Below are positions 9,240-19,184 of a DNA stretch of 64,000 nucleotides, piece by piece. Made by a program: the position numbers and the translations under genes. Source of the stretch: an uncultured Gemmatimonadales bacterium (lineage in GTDB: Bacteria > Gemmatimonadota > Gemmatimonadetes > Gemmatimonadales > Gemmatimonadaceae); contig CAVPQB010000004.1 of NCBI GenBank assembly GCA_963707505.1, positions 320,001 through 384,000 on the forward strand, in the 5' to 3' direction. Below the pieces are notes generated by a model. It saw only the letters and a list, made by a program, of their open reading frames with translations. It was not told the origin of the DNA and did not search any database. Position 1 is the stretch's first letter. Every line of letters begins with the position of its first letter.

Positions 9240-9632
9240 ATGAACACTTCTGCGCAGACCGGGGCGATCGAGCGTGTCGGGCAGATCGCGATCAACGTTC
9301 ACGACGTCGACAGGGCGACCAGCTTCTATCGTGACGTGTTGGGGTTGAAGTTCCTGTTTGCCGCACCACCCGGTCTCGCATTCTTCGACTGCGGTGGCAT
9401 ACGGCTCATGCTCACGATGCCGGAGTCGCCAGAGCACGACCATCGCAGCTCTCTGATCTATTACGTAGTGCCGAACATTGCTGATGCTTACAGCGCGGTA
9501 TCCGCGCGCGGCGGCAGCTTTGAGGACAAGCCACATGTTGTGGCGCGCCTGGACAAAGTCGAGATCTGGATGGTCCATCTGAAAGATCCCGACGGAAACC
9601 TGCTTGCGTTGATGTGTGAAGTGAGCGTGTGA
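9240..9632 (+). CDS. VOC/glyoxalase family protein
   Basis: GQIAINVHDVDRATSFYRDVLGL...DPDGNLLAL; TAGATT box 6 nt before the ATG. Confidence 0.9.
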   Translation: MNTSAQTGAIERVGQIAINVHDVDRATSFYRDVLGLKFLFAAPPGLAFFDCGGIRLMLTMPESPEHDHRSSLIYYVVPNIADAYSAVSARGGSFEDKPHVVARLDKVEIWMVHLKDPDGNLLALMCEVSV

Positions 9633-9640
9633 CGCTTCCG

Positions 9641-10391
9641 TCAGACCTTGTGATACAATACGCGTGCGGCCTCGCGCCGGTCATCAGCCTGGTATATCTC
9701 GAAATCGCTGAAGAACCCAGGCGCTTCATTCTGCAGTACGCGCATGACGGTCACCGCCCAGCGGCGAATCTCCAGCTCGGCGCCTTCACTCGAGCGTAGC
9801 TCGAGGAGTGTGCGCCATGCGCGCGCGTTGGCCGTGACCACGATCTTGGTTTCGGTTGAATTAGGAAGCACGCCTCGCGCGGCCTCGCGCGCCATCTTGC
9901 GGCGGTGCACTTTATCTGCGACCCACGCGTAGCGCTGCATGAGCTGCTCGACCAGTGCGACGTACGCGCTCTGTGCTGCATCGATCTGCGTCTGCCATGC
10001 ATCGCGTAGTGCGTCGTCGCCGATTATCGCGGGTGGCACGACGAAGTTCGCTTCGGACTCGTCCACGTAGCGTTGGGATAGCTGCGAGAACGCCATTCCG
10101 GCCCTGTGTCGCACCAGCTCGTGCGTGAGCGACCGGCTCACGCCTTCGACGAGCAACGAATAATTCGCATGCTCCAAGCACGCTGCCGTGGCCCTGCTTC
10201 TTGATGTTCTCCAGATATTCGCGGGTGCTGCGCGACGCGGGATTCCGCTGACTCATGTAGCACAGGCGTCCCGCGAACTCGGCAAGCCGCTCGCCATCCG
10301 TGCTGTCACCGATCCAGTTGACGGGCAGGCCAACGGGCTCGGTGAATTGAGGGCGCGAGAGAACGGTGATCTTGGGCTCGGTATAGTACAC
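9641..10391 (-). CDS. thyX: FAD-dependent thymidylate synthase (frameshift near 10176; start uncertain)
   Basis: AGRLCY and GHGSVL in one frame; EH, SRSLTHELVRHR..FSQLSQRYV, AARGVLPN, NARAW and EIR in the next. Confidence 0.92.
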
Positions 10392-10440
10392 GTGTGCTGA
10401 GCGGTCAGGGGTGAGTCGGCGGTGGGGGCGCTCGCCAAAG

Positions 10441-12084
10441 TTACGCGACGCTATCGATCAAGTCGAGGCGGAACGCAGCGTAGGCACGCTCATCGCTCAC
10501 GCGTGCGAGCGCGGCCAGTGCTGCAGGTGGATGCTGTGGAAGATCGGGATCGTATTTTATGTTTGTGATCGCGCGTTCTCCTGCGACGGCGACCTTCACT
10601 CCGGGATTGAATATCCCCGACGGGTCGAACGCGCGTTTCACCGCCTCGAAGCGGCGAAGAATCTCGGCGCTCCATACCCTGCCCAGCAACGGTGTACGCA
10701 GTCTTCCGTCGCCGTGCTCTCCGTCGAGCGTGCCGCCAAGCCGGGCTGTCAGTGCAACGACGTCATCGAGCATTCCGGCGACGGTGTCACGCCATCCCGC
10801 GCGATTGACGTCGATGAGCGGGTTGACGTGAACGTGCGAATCGCCGGCGTGTCCGAATATCACGCCCGTGACCCGATATTTGGCGAGAATCGCGCGCACA
10901 CCGCGCACGTACTCGGGCAACTTCGCCGGTGGAACGGCGCCGTCCTCGACAAATTGCATCGATGTGAGCGATGGTCCAAGCCGCGCGAGAATCGGGCTCG
11001 CTGCGTGGCGCAGTTCCCACATTTCACCTTCGGCCTGTCTCGTAAGCGCAAGATCGACTGACGTTGCGCCAGCGGATCGGAATGCCGCGGCGAGTGATTC
11101 GGCTGCGTGACGTGCTTCGTCGTCGCTGTCGGCTTCCACTTCGGCAAGAAGCACTGCTTCGGAATCCGACGGAATCCGTGGAAGCGGCGCTGCGCGTGCG
11201 GCAACGTCCAGAAATGTGCGATCCAGCAACTCACACGCTGCGGCCCCGGCATCGCGTGCCTGAACAGCGGCCGAAACGGCCGACTCGAGCGTGTGAAAGC
11301 TGCCGAGCACCGAGCTCGTTGCACGCGGCGCCGGCGCGAGTCTCAACTCGATGCCGACGACGATTGCGAGCGTCCCTTCACTCCCGATTATCATGTCGAT
11401 CGGTTCGTCGGATTCGGCGAATGCGTGAATGCCATACCCGGATGAGTCCTTGCGTACTCCTGCATGCATCGATGGAGTGACTGCATCAGCCGTAGTGAGA
11501 GCGCCCGCCATGCTCCAGAAGCGCTGCAGCGCGGCAACGTTGTCGGGGATCGGCGCGCCCCGGCGCAGCGTCGCACGCGTGCCGTCGTCAAACACACAGT
11601 CGAGCGCTATTACCCACTGACGCGTCGGGCCGTACTTGAGCGAGTGCGCGCCTGATGCATTGGTGGAGACCATCCCTCCAACACTACAGAATGCGCCACT
11701 GGACGGATCCGGCGGAAAGCGAAGCCCCACATCGCGCGCGGCGGTTTCGACTTCCTGCCACGTTATTCCGGGTCCGACCGAGATGGTTCGATTCGCGGCA
11801 TCGACTGCCGACATTCCGCGCATGCGGCTGAGATCGACTATCACACCGTCGCCGATCGCGCCGCCAGCCATTCCGCTGCCAGATCCGCGCGGGATGAGCG
11901 GGGTATTCGTCGCGCGTGCCCATCTCACGATTGCCTGCACGTCACCGATGTCAGCCGGCACGGCGACTGCGCGTGGCATGATACGCGCAATTCCCGCACC
12001 TTCGGAGTAAACGGCGAGCGCCGCGTCGTCCGCGCGAAATATTCCGCGAAATGACTCCGGTCTCGTTGGAGTGACAGCGCTCAC
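10441..12084 (-). CDS. FAD-binding oxidoreductase, GlcD/D-lactate dehydrogenase (VAO) family
   Basis: PRGSGSGMAGG, PPDPSS..FCSVGGM, GSEGTL, GHAGDSHVH, GEHGDG, FDPSGIFNPG. Start GTG 12084 preferred; the ORF is open to 12111. Confidence 0.88.
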   Translation of the reverse strand: MSAVTPTRPESFRGIFRADDAALAVYSEGAGIARIMPRAVAVPADIGDVQAIVRWARATNTPLIPRGSGSGMAGGAIGDGVIVDLSRMRGMSAVDAANRTISVGPGITWQEVETAARDVGLRFPPDPSSGAFCSVGGMVSTNASGAHSLKYGPTRQWVIALDCVFDDGTRATLRRGAPIPDNVAALQRFWSMAGALTTADAVTPSMHAGVRKDSSGYGIHAFAESDEPIDMIIGSEGTLAIVVGIELRLAPAPRATSSVLGSFHTLESAVSAAVQARDAGAAACELLDRTFLDVAARAAPLPRIPSDSEAVLLAEVEADSDDEARHAAESLAAAFRSAGATSVDLALTRQAEGEMWELRHAASPILARLGPSLTSMQFVEDGAVPPAKLPEYVRGVRAILAKYRVTGVIFGHAGDSHVHVNPLIDVNRAGWRDTVAGMLDDVVALTARLGGTLDGEHGDGRLRTPLLGRVWSAEILRRFEAVKRAFDPSGIFNPGVKVAVAGERAITNIKYDPDLPQHPPAALAALARVSDERAYAAFRLDLIDSVA

Positions 12085-12100
12085 GCTGTCGTAACGCGCG

Positions 12101-13000
12101 TCATATGCCAAGGTCGCTCGGAACGGGCGGCGTCTTCGAATAGTCGTAGAATCCCATTCCCGATTTCCTGCCGTACATGCCGGCGATCACCATTCGCTTG
12201 AGCAGCGGCGGTGGTGCGTAGCGTGATTCGCGATATTCGTCGTACATGATCTCGGCAATCCTGTACGTCGTATCGAGTCCAACGAAATCGAGCAGCGTAA
12301 ACGGGCCCATCGGATAGCCCGCACCGAGCATCATCCCCTTGTCGATGTCCGCAATGGACGCGACGCCCGATTCCAGCGCGCGAATCGCGTCGATCATGTA
12401 CGGCACCAGGAGAAGATTTACCACAAACCCTGAATTGTCATGCGCGCGGATCGGCTCCTTGCCGAGCGACTGCACGAACGCGAGTGCACGCTCGACGGTT
12501 CCATCGCTGGTCTTGATTGCCCGCACGACCTCCACGAGTTTCATCGCCGGCACGGGATTGAAGAAGTGCATTCCGACGAACCGGTCCGCGCGCGAAGTTG
12601 CGGCGGCAATCTCGCCGATGGTCAGGCTCGACGTGTTCGACGCGAAGATGGTATTCGCCCCACAGAGCGCATCCAGCTCCGCGAACATCTGTGACTTGAC
12701 TGCGAGATCTTCGACCACGGCCTCGATCACGATGTCAGCGCTGGCCAGATCATTGAGCGAAGTCGTAAAGCGAATCAGTTTGAGCGCTGATTCCTTGTCT
12801 GCTCCCGTCGCCTTGCCCTTCTCGATTGCCCTGTCAAACGAGCTGAGGATCGCGGCACGTGACCTGTCGCAGAGCTCGTCCGAAACCTCGCGCACCGTCG
12901 TGGCGTATCCACTCGCGGCGCACACCTGTGCGATTCCAGATCCCATGAGGCCGCCGCCGAGTACCGCGACGAATTTGATGTCGTTGTGTGCATGGGTCAT
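12101..13000 (-). CDS. 3-hydroxybutyryl/3-hydroxyacyl-CoA dehydrogenase
   Basis: GGGLMGSGIA Rossmann motif, IEAVVE, ASNTSSL, GMHFFNP, GFVVN, PMGPF. Confidence 0.93.
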   Translation of the reverse strand: MTHAHNDIKFVAVLGGGLMGSGIAQVCAASGYATTVREVSDELCDRSRAAILSSFDRAIEKGKATGADKESALKLIRFTTSLNDLASADIVIEAVVEDLAVKSQMFAELDALCGANTIFASNTSSLTIGEIAAATSRADRFVGMHFFNPVPAMKLVEVVRAIKTSDGTVERALAFVQSLGKEPIRAHDNSGFVVNLLLVPYMIDAIRALESGVASIADIDKGMMLGAGYPMGPFTLLDFVGLDTTYRIAEIMYDEYRESRYAPPPLLKRMVIAGMYGRKSGMGFYDYSKTPPVPSDLGI

Positions 13001-13007
13001 GAGCACA

Positions 13008-13880
13008 TCACCTGTGCATCTGGCGCTGGGCCGCCAGCGCCTCGAGGAAATTTGCAGGACGACGCGATTCGCCGTACTCCAGTCGATCCAATACCTGCTC
13101 GAGAGCGAGCGTAATGCGCTCGGCGAAGCCGTGATGCCGTCGAAGGATGAGGTACGCGCCGCCGCCCGCAATCGCGATCGGGAACGCGGCCATTCCAAGC
13201 GCAAGCCCAGCGGCGACGTGCGCGAGAGCCGCAGCGCCAATGATGGTACCACCGGCTACGATTCCGGAAGCCGTGACAGCGCCCCCGACGCGTACGATAT
13301 TGGTGCGCGAAGGCGCGAGATCGGCATCGAGGCGAACCAATGATCTCTTTTCATCGACGGGAACCACGGTCGCCGCAACCTGACTGGCGCGCGAGAGCTG
13401 GTATGACCGGCCGCCGCTGCGCAGTCCGCGCTTGATCGCCGCTACCCAATCGTTGCGGGCTTCCCATGTCACGCGATCCGCGAATCTACGCTGAACCTGC
13501 ATGCACTCGTCCCGCTGCATATACGCGTCCAGGTATGCGATTATCGCTTCCGGCTCGCCCGGAATCGTCCGCGACGCCGACACTGACGTCGGGCCGGCTA
13601 CGCGAACGAGCCACCGACTGTCATCGTCCGTATCGTTGCTGACGCGCGTACGCTCCTCGGCCAGCGCCTGCCGAACACTCGTGACCGTAAGTCCGGCTTC
13701 CTTGGCGATCTCGAGCAGCTTGGTTTCCGTTATCGCATCCGCGTCCTGTTCACCGCCGCCGATCCCCTGCAGCTCGGCGGCGCGCGCAAGCACACGCTCC
13801 ACGGCACGACGATCCAGTCCGTGCTCGGGCGCGGTTACCGCCGTGCTGGCCGACGCCTTGTCCGGAAGATCAGATTCCAC
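13008..13880 (-). CDS. Hypothetical membrane protein, 290 aa
   Basis: Clean ORF inside a co-directional operon; helical N-terminus (VERVLARAAELQ) and a C-terminal Gly/Ala-rich hydrophobic hairpin. Confidence 0.7.
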   Translation of the reverse strand: MESDLPDKASASTAVTAPEHGLDRRAVERVLARAAELQGIGGGEQDADAITETKLLEIAKEAGLTVTSVRQALAEERTRVSNDTDDDSRWLVRVAGPTSVSASRTIPGEPEAIIAYLDAYMQRDECMQVQRRFADRVTWEARNDWVAAIKRGLRSGGRSYQLSRASQVAATVVPVDEKRSLVRLDADLAPSRTNIVRVGGAVTASGIVAGGTIIGAAALAHVAAGLALGMAAFPIAIAGGGAYLILRRHHGFAERITLALEQVLDRLEYGESRRPANFLEALAAQRQMHR

Positions 13881-14985
13881 TGTCGATATTGTCGATCTGG
13901 CGCTTCATCGCGTCGCGGATCGCATCAGGAATCGGGAACATCGACGCGAGCTGCGTGCGTGGTGTGGCACTCGGTGTCGCACCCGTCGCGCTCACGTAAT
14001 AACGAGCGTAGCCGTCAGCCAGCTCAGGGACGAATTTCTCCAATAGCATGAGCCCGGCGCGCACCGTTGCCGTACTCGAGACGCGATCCGCGGCACCACT
14101 GCGTTGCTCCGCTGGAGTAGTGTTGTCGGCGATCGCGGCGTTGGCGACAGTACCGACAAGCTCGTGCGCGAGAACATACATCGCTTCCTGCACGTCCGAC
14201 GGACGATTCGGGAACGTGACAGCGACCGTCGTGCGGAATCCACCGGCGGCGCTGATCGTGCGACCTTCGCCTGCCAGCGGGAGCGACAGAATGATGTCAC
14301 CGTCGCGCTGCTGCGTGTTGGTGAGGAACCGCTGAATGCGCGGGCGCATGAGATGTTGCCACATGGCAGTCGTGGAATCGATCACGTTGGCGCGCTCGCG
14401 CTGCTGCTGCACCCAGTACGAGTGGTAGAACTTGGCGTCCTCATCCCACAACGAGGACGCGAAGAGCGCGAGCCAGGTGCGATCCGCCGGGCTCTGGAAG
14501 TAACTCGCGAGTACGGCGAACTGCGCCCCTTCCGTCTGTGATTTCGCGGAGCCCGGGCTCCCGTTCGACGCGACGAAGCGGTCGATGACGGCACGCATCT
14601 CTTCCAGTGAGGAGAAGTAGAACGGAACGAACTGCGCGTTGATCAACAGACGACTCGATGTGAGCTGTCTCGCCAGCTTGTCGTGGTTGACATCGAGCTG
14701 CGTGAGAACGTTCGCCTTGTTCTTCAGTACGGTCAGATCGTCGCGGTAGCCGCGCCGAAACAGCGGTACCTGCGCCGAGCTGTCGCTCGACAGCAGAGCG
14801 AAGCCGTGAAGCCACAGATCGACGTTCTCCCTCGTCTTTACCGGCCACGTCGTATCACGCGCGCGCCCCATGATGATCGGCTCGACAGGCTTCGGCTGGG
14901 ATGCAGATCCGGACGCACATGCAAATACGCCGGCGATCGATGTCGCTCCGACCGTAGCGGCGGTGAAACGCAGAAGCTTCTTCAT
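13870..14985 (-). CDS. Hypothetical lipoprotein
   Basis: MKKLLR...VFAC lipobox-like signal; tightly packed in the operon. Confidence 0.7.
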   Translation of the reverse strand: MKKLLRFTAATVGATSIAGVFACASGSASQPKPVEPIIMGRARDTTWPVKTRENVDLWLHGFALLSSDSSAQVPLFRRGYRDDLTVLKNKANVLTQLDVNHDKLARQLTSSRLLINAQFVPFYFSSLEEMRAVIDRFVASNGSPGSAKSQTEGAQFAVLASYFQSPADRTWLALFASSLWDEDAKFYHSYWVQQQRERANVIDSTTAMWQHLMRPRIQRFLTNTQQRDGDIILSLPLAGEGRTISAAGGFRTTVAVTFPNRPSDVQEAMYVLAHELVGTVANAAIADNTTPAEQRSGAADRVSSTATVRAGLMLLEKFVPELADGYARYYVSATGATPSATPRTQLASMFPIPDAIRDAMKRQIDNIDSGI

Positions 14986-15017
14986 TCTTTCGGATTTGCG
15001 GGATGATGGCATTGCGA

Positions 15018-16229
15018 TCAAGCGCCGAGCGACTCCACGATGAGCGCGATCCCCTGACCGCCGCCGATGCAGGCGGTGCCGAGTCCGTAGCGCTTGCCGC
15101 TGGCACGCAGCGCGTGCAACAGGTGGACGGTGATGCGCGCACCTGATGCCGCAAGCGGATGGCTCAACGCTATCGCGCCGCCGTGTATGTTCAACTTCTC
15201 ACGTGGAATGCGCAACTCGGCTTGAACCGCGCACGTCTGCGTAGCGAACGCTTCGTTTACCTCGATCATGTCCATGTCGTCGATCGACATGTGAGCGCGC
15301 TCGAGCGCGGCCTTTGTCGCCGGCACCGGACCGATTCCCATGATGCGCGGATCGACGCCGGCGAGCCCCCAGGAGACTAACCGCGCGAGCGGCTTGATAC
15401 CGTGCGCATCTGCGTATTCGCGGCTCGCTACGACCATGGCTGCTGCGCCGTCGCCGATGCCGGATGCGTTGCCCGCCGTAACGACACCGTTTTCGCGAAA
15501 TGCGGGACGCAGCCTGGCGAGTCCTTCAGCGGTGGAATTGGGGCGCATGTGCTCGTCTCGGCGGAAATCTTCCGTCTCACGTGTCTTGGGATTCGTAACT
15601 GGAACGGGGACCACTTCCTCGTCATACACCCCTGAGTCCCAAGCGTCCCGTGTGAGCATCTGCGATCGGAGCGCGAACTCGTCCGAAGCCGCCCGTCCGA
15701 TTCCGTACTTCTCGTTCAGGTTTTCGGCGGTGTCCGCCATCGATACGCTGGCGAAGGAGTCCTTGAGACCCTCCGTCAGGGTATCTTCCAGCGCGGGAGA
15801 TTTGCCAAGTGGAACGCCCCATCGGATTCCGCGGACGGCGTGTGGTGCCTGTGACATGGACTCGGCGCCGCCCACGAGGCAGACTTCGGCCTCGCCGGTG
15901 ATGATCTCGAGGGCTCCGCTCACGACTGCTTGGAACCCTGAGCCACACAAGCGGTTTACAGTTAGTGCTGGCGCTTCGGTCGGGCAACCAGATCGGAGCG
16001 CTACATGGCGCGCGAAATAGAGCGAGTCGTTGGTGGTATAGAGTACATTTCCAAAGATGACCTGCTGTATTGATGTTGGCGCTATGCTGGCGCGATCCAT
16101 CGCACTCTTCGAGGCGATGACGCCAAGCTGGATAGCGGAAACATCGCGGAGCGCGCCGCCGAAGGTACCGAATGGAGTCCGAACGCCGGAGAGAAAGACG
16201 ACTTCGCGATTCGAGTTTTGAGTCCCCAT
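15018..16229 (-). CDS. Acetyl-CoA C-acyltransferase (thiolase)
   Basis: NRLCGSG, NEAF, GAIALSHP and CIGGGQG catalytic motifs; TATATT box 7 nt before the ATG. Confidence 0.95.
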   Translation of the reverse strand: MGTQNSNREVVFLSGVRTPFGTFGGALRDVSAIQLGVIASKSAMDRASIAPTSIQQVIFGNVLYTTNDSLYFARHVALRSGCPTEAPALTVNRLCGSGFQAVVSGALEIITGEAEVCLVGGAESMSQAPHAVRGIRWGVPLGKSPALEDTLTEGLKDSFASVSMADTAENLNEKYGIGRAASDEFALRSQMLTRDAWDSGVYDEEVVPVPVTNPKTRETEDFRRDEHMRPNSTAEGLARLRPAFRENGVVTAGNASGIGDGAAAMVVASREYADAHGIKPLARLVSWGLAGVDPRIMGIGPVPATKAALERAHMSIDDMDMIEVNEAFATQTCAVQAELRIPREKLNIHGGAIALSHPLAASGARITVHLLHALRASGKRYGLGTACIGGGQGIALIVESLGA

Positions 16230-16266
16230 CTGGAGTAATATACGGGGCAACATGGTCAGAGATCCT

Positions 16267-17775
16267 ATGAGCCGTTCTGCAATTCTGGCAGCAGCTGTCG
16301 CGCTGTTTTGCCTGCCGTTTCCGTCTGTCGTTCAGGCACAGCGGATCGTTCCACGTCGCTCGATCATTCAGAAGCCGGCTGACTCGACGGCCAGGAAGGA
16401 TGTGCCCGACAAGCCGGCGGCGGCAGCGGTCGCGCCAGGAACAGGCAGCATAATGGGCGCCGCCCTCGATTCACTGCACGAGGAGATGCTGGCCCACGCA
16501 GGCGTCACGGTAATGGGACTCGCGGGAAGACATGCGGTGACGACGGCCGCGGGCGCGTTCCGCATCGATTCGCTCCCACCGGGCAAGTACGTGCTGGAGG
16601 TGACGCACCCGGTCCTCGATTCGCTCGGTATCCGGCTCATCTCAGATTCGATCAATGTCACGGAAGGGCAGGTCCAGACGGTGGAGCTGGCCATTCCGGG
16701 GACTCGGACGCTGATCACGTCCATATGCACGCCGGCCAAGCTTCGCTTCGGACCGGGTGTAATACTCGGACGCGTGGTGGATGCCGACACGGACAAGCCG
16801 GCGACGGGCGCCGAGGTATCGGTTGCGTGGTCGGAAACGGAAGTGAACACCGTTGTAGGCCTTCGGACGACGCCGCACGTGAGGAAGGCGACGGTCGCGG
16901 CGGACGGGACGTACCGCATCTGCGGAGTGCCCGCGAATTTCAACGGGTCGCTGCAGGCGATTCGTGGCACTGCCAAGACGGCTGAAGTCCCGATCGAAGT
17001 CGCCGATCATGCGCTTTCGATGCGCATGTTGATGTTGCCGCCGGCCGTCGTCGCCGCCGGCGACACGACCGGGGCGGCGCAGACGCACAGGGTTGGACGC
17101 GCGGTGATCACGGGTATGGTCACCAACGCGGGTGGCGTCCCGGTGCCTGGCGCGCGCGTGTCGGTGCAGGGGAGTGAGTCTTCCACTTCCACCGGACCGG
17201 ACGGCAAGTTCACTCTTACCGGAGTGGTTCCCGGCACGCAATCGGTGTTGGTGCGTCGTGTAGGCTACTCACCTGTAGAACAGCCGATCGATGTAACATC
17301 GCTTGCGACCAATCAGCTCACGGTGCGGCTCGGTGCGTACACGCCGGTGCTGTCCAGCGTCGACGTCAAGGCGAAGGCCGATCCGCTGGAGAGCACTGGA
17401 TTCGAGCGCCGGCGGAAGATGGGGATGGGTCGTTACATGGATCTCGATCAGATCAAGAAGATCAGTCCGACCTACACGTCCGACATTCTCCGGCGCATCC
17501 CCGGTCTCTACGTAACCGGGAGTGGATCGAGCGCGAACATCTCCACGACGCGCGGCAATGGTTGTGTAGCGTACCTCATCGACAACAACACAGTGTCGGC
17601 GACCGCGGGTCAGTCGATCGACGAGATCGTCGGCGAGCAGGATGTCGCCGCGGTCGAGTTCTACAATCCGGTCGACGTACCGATGGAGCTGTCATCGGGA
17701 TCGAACAGCGGATGCGCACTGTTGGTGATCTGGACCAAGGGTAAGCTGCAGGCGCCGACGAAGAAGGGGCCTTGA
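16267..17775 (+). CDS. Secreted protein with three carboxypeptidase-regulatory-like beta-sandwich repeats and a C-terminal TonB plug-like domain, without a barrel
   Basis: Signal peptide (VQA-Q); three G-x-V/x-D...GAxV...GxF/Y repeats; GFERRR, DILRRIPGL, AVEFY, LLVIWTK. Confidence 0.75.
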   Translation: MSRSAILAAAVALFCLPFPSVVQAQRIVPRRSIIQKPADSTARKDVPDKPAAAAVAPGTGSIMGAALDSLHEEMLAHAGVTVMGLAGRHAVTTAAGAFRIDSLPPGKYVLEVTHPVLDSLGIRLISDSINVTEGQVQTVELAIPGTRTLITSICTPAKLRFGPGVILGRVVDADTDKPATGAEVSVAWSETEVNTVVGLRTTPHVRKATVAADGTYRICGVPANFNGSLQAIRGTAKTAEVPIEVADHALSMRMLMLPPAVVAAGDTTGAAQTHRVGRAVITGMVTNAGGVPVPGARVSVQGSESSTSTGPDGKFTLTGVVPGTQSVLVRRVGYSPVEQPIDVTSLATNQLTVRLGAYTPVLSSVDVKAKADPLESTGFERRRKMGMGRYMDLDQIKKISPTYTSDILRRIPGLYVTGSGSSANISTTRGNGCVAYLIDNNTVSATAGQSIDEIVGEQDVAAVEFYNPVDVPMELSSGSNSGCALLVIWTKGKLQAPTKKGP

Positions 17776-17792
17776 CGAGCACGGCCGGAAGC

Positions 17793-17820
17793 CGTCATTC
17801 CCGCGTTCGCGGGAATGACG
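17793..17820. repeat. REP-like perfect palindrome between convergent genes (possibly also a terminator)
   Basis: cgtcattcccgcg-tt-cgcgggaatgacg; same core as the copies at 3254 and 4738. Confidence 0.75.
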
Positions 17821-17832
17821 AATCCGCCGGCC

Positions 17833-19140
17833 CTACGTGCTCCACGTACCTTTTCGTTCCTTGAACAGCGTCACCCCAATGACGAACGTCGCCGCGGTTA
17901 CCACGATCGGATACCACAGTCCCGCGTAAGGATTCCCCGTGCGCGCTACGAGCGCGGTCGCAATGAGCGGCAGGAACCCGCCGAACCACCCCGTGCCCAT
18001 GTGGTGCACGAAGGATACGCCGGTGTAGCGCACACTCGTCGGGAATGCTTCGACGAGAAGCGCGCCGAGCGGCCCGGTGCACATCGCGGCAAGGACGATC
18101 TGATAGAATATGAGCGCGGCAAGCGCCGGAACGTTCGGCGTCCCTGCCGCGGCCCGCGCCATCAGATGATAGCACGGATACAGAGTGATTGTGGCGAGTG
18201 CGAAGGCGAGCATGATGATTGGCTTTCTGCCCACGCGGTCAGACAGTGCGCCGAAGAGAACGAAGCACGGTGTTCCGAATACGAGCGCAATCGTTACCGC
18301 CATATACGCGGCGCCGAACGGCACCTTGAGCACGGTTTGCAGAAAGAACAGCGCGTAGAACTGTCCTGCGTACCACGTCACGGCATGCCCTGAGATGACG
18401 CCAAAGAGAAGCGTGAGCATTACCTTCCATCGCGAATTTCCGAACGCGTCGTGAATTGGCGTGGAGGACGTCTCGCCGCGCGCCTTGAGGTCCGCGAACA
18501 TCGGCGACTCTTCCAGCTTGCGTCGTACGTAATACGATATCGCGACGAGTATCGACGACACGAGAAACGGAACACGCCATCCCCATGCGGCGAACGCAGT
18601 CTCGCCGGTCAGTCTGCGTGTGATCAGGATCACGAGCAGTGAAACCAGCAGTCCGACCGTCGCGGTGGTGTAAATGAAGCTCGTGTAGTAGCCGCGCTTT
18701 CCCTCGGGGGCGTGCTCGGCCACATAAACTGCGGCGCCTCCGTACTCACCGCCGAGTGCCAGTCCCTGGATGAGGCGGAGAGCGACGAGTGTGATTGGGG
18801 CGAGGAAGCCGATCGTCGCGAAGCCCGGCAGGAGGCCGATCGCCGAGGTGGACGCGCCCATGACGACGAGTGTAGTAAGAAATGCCTTCTTTCGGCCGAG
18901 CCGGTCACCGATGCGTCCGAAGAAGAGCGCGCCGATGGGTCTCACGGCGAAGCCGACGGCGAAGGTCGCGAGAGTTTCGAGGAAGCTGGCGGTCGGGTTG
19001 TTGGGCGGATAGAACTGGTGCGCCAGGATCGCCGCGAGCGAGCCAAAAATGAAGAAGTCGTACCACTCGATCATCGAGCCCGCGCAGGACGCGATGAGGA
19101 CGGTTCGCATCGAACGCGGGGCGACGGCTGGAGAAGTCAT
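17833..19140 (-). CDS. MFS transporter, metabolite:H+ symporter (MHS) family
   Basis: IEWYDF, RPIGALFFGRIGDRLGRK, GGEYGGA, WGWRVPF, ESP. Confidence 0.92.
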   Translation of the reverse strand: MTSPAVAPRSMRTVLIASCAGSMIEWYDFFIFGSLAAILAHQFYPPNNPTASFLETLATFAVGFAVRPIGALFFGRIGDRLGRKKAFLTTLVVMGASTSAIGLLPGFATIGFLAPITLVALRLIQGLALGGEYGGAAVYVAEHAPEGKRGYYTSFIYTTATVGLLVSLLVILITRRLTGETAFAAWGWRVPFLVSSILVAISYYVRRKLEESPMFADLKARGETSSTPIHDAFGNSRWKVMLTLLFGVISGHAVTWYAGQFYALFFLQTVLKVPFGAAYMAVTIALVFGTPCFVLFGALSDRVGRKPIIMLAFALATITLYPCYHLMARAAAGTPNVPALAALIFYQIVLAAMCTGPLGALLVEAFPTSVRYTGVSFVHHMGTGWFGGFLPLIATALVARTGNPYAGLWYPIVVTAATFVIGVTLFKERKGTWST

Positions 19141-19184
19141 GCCAGAAGTTGCGGCGCCAGCGATTCGCCCGCAACTTTGCCTGC

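Noticed and set aside
9641..10391. thyX and other split genes as pseudogenes or programmed frameshifts
   Set aside because: Catalytic motifs are intact, no shared slippery sequence is visible, and all breaks have the same single-insertion signature.
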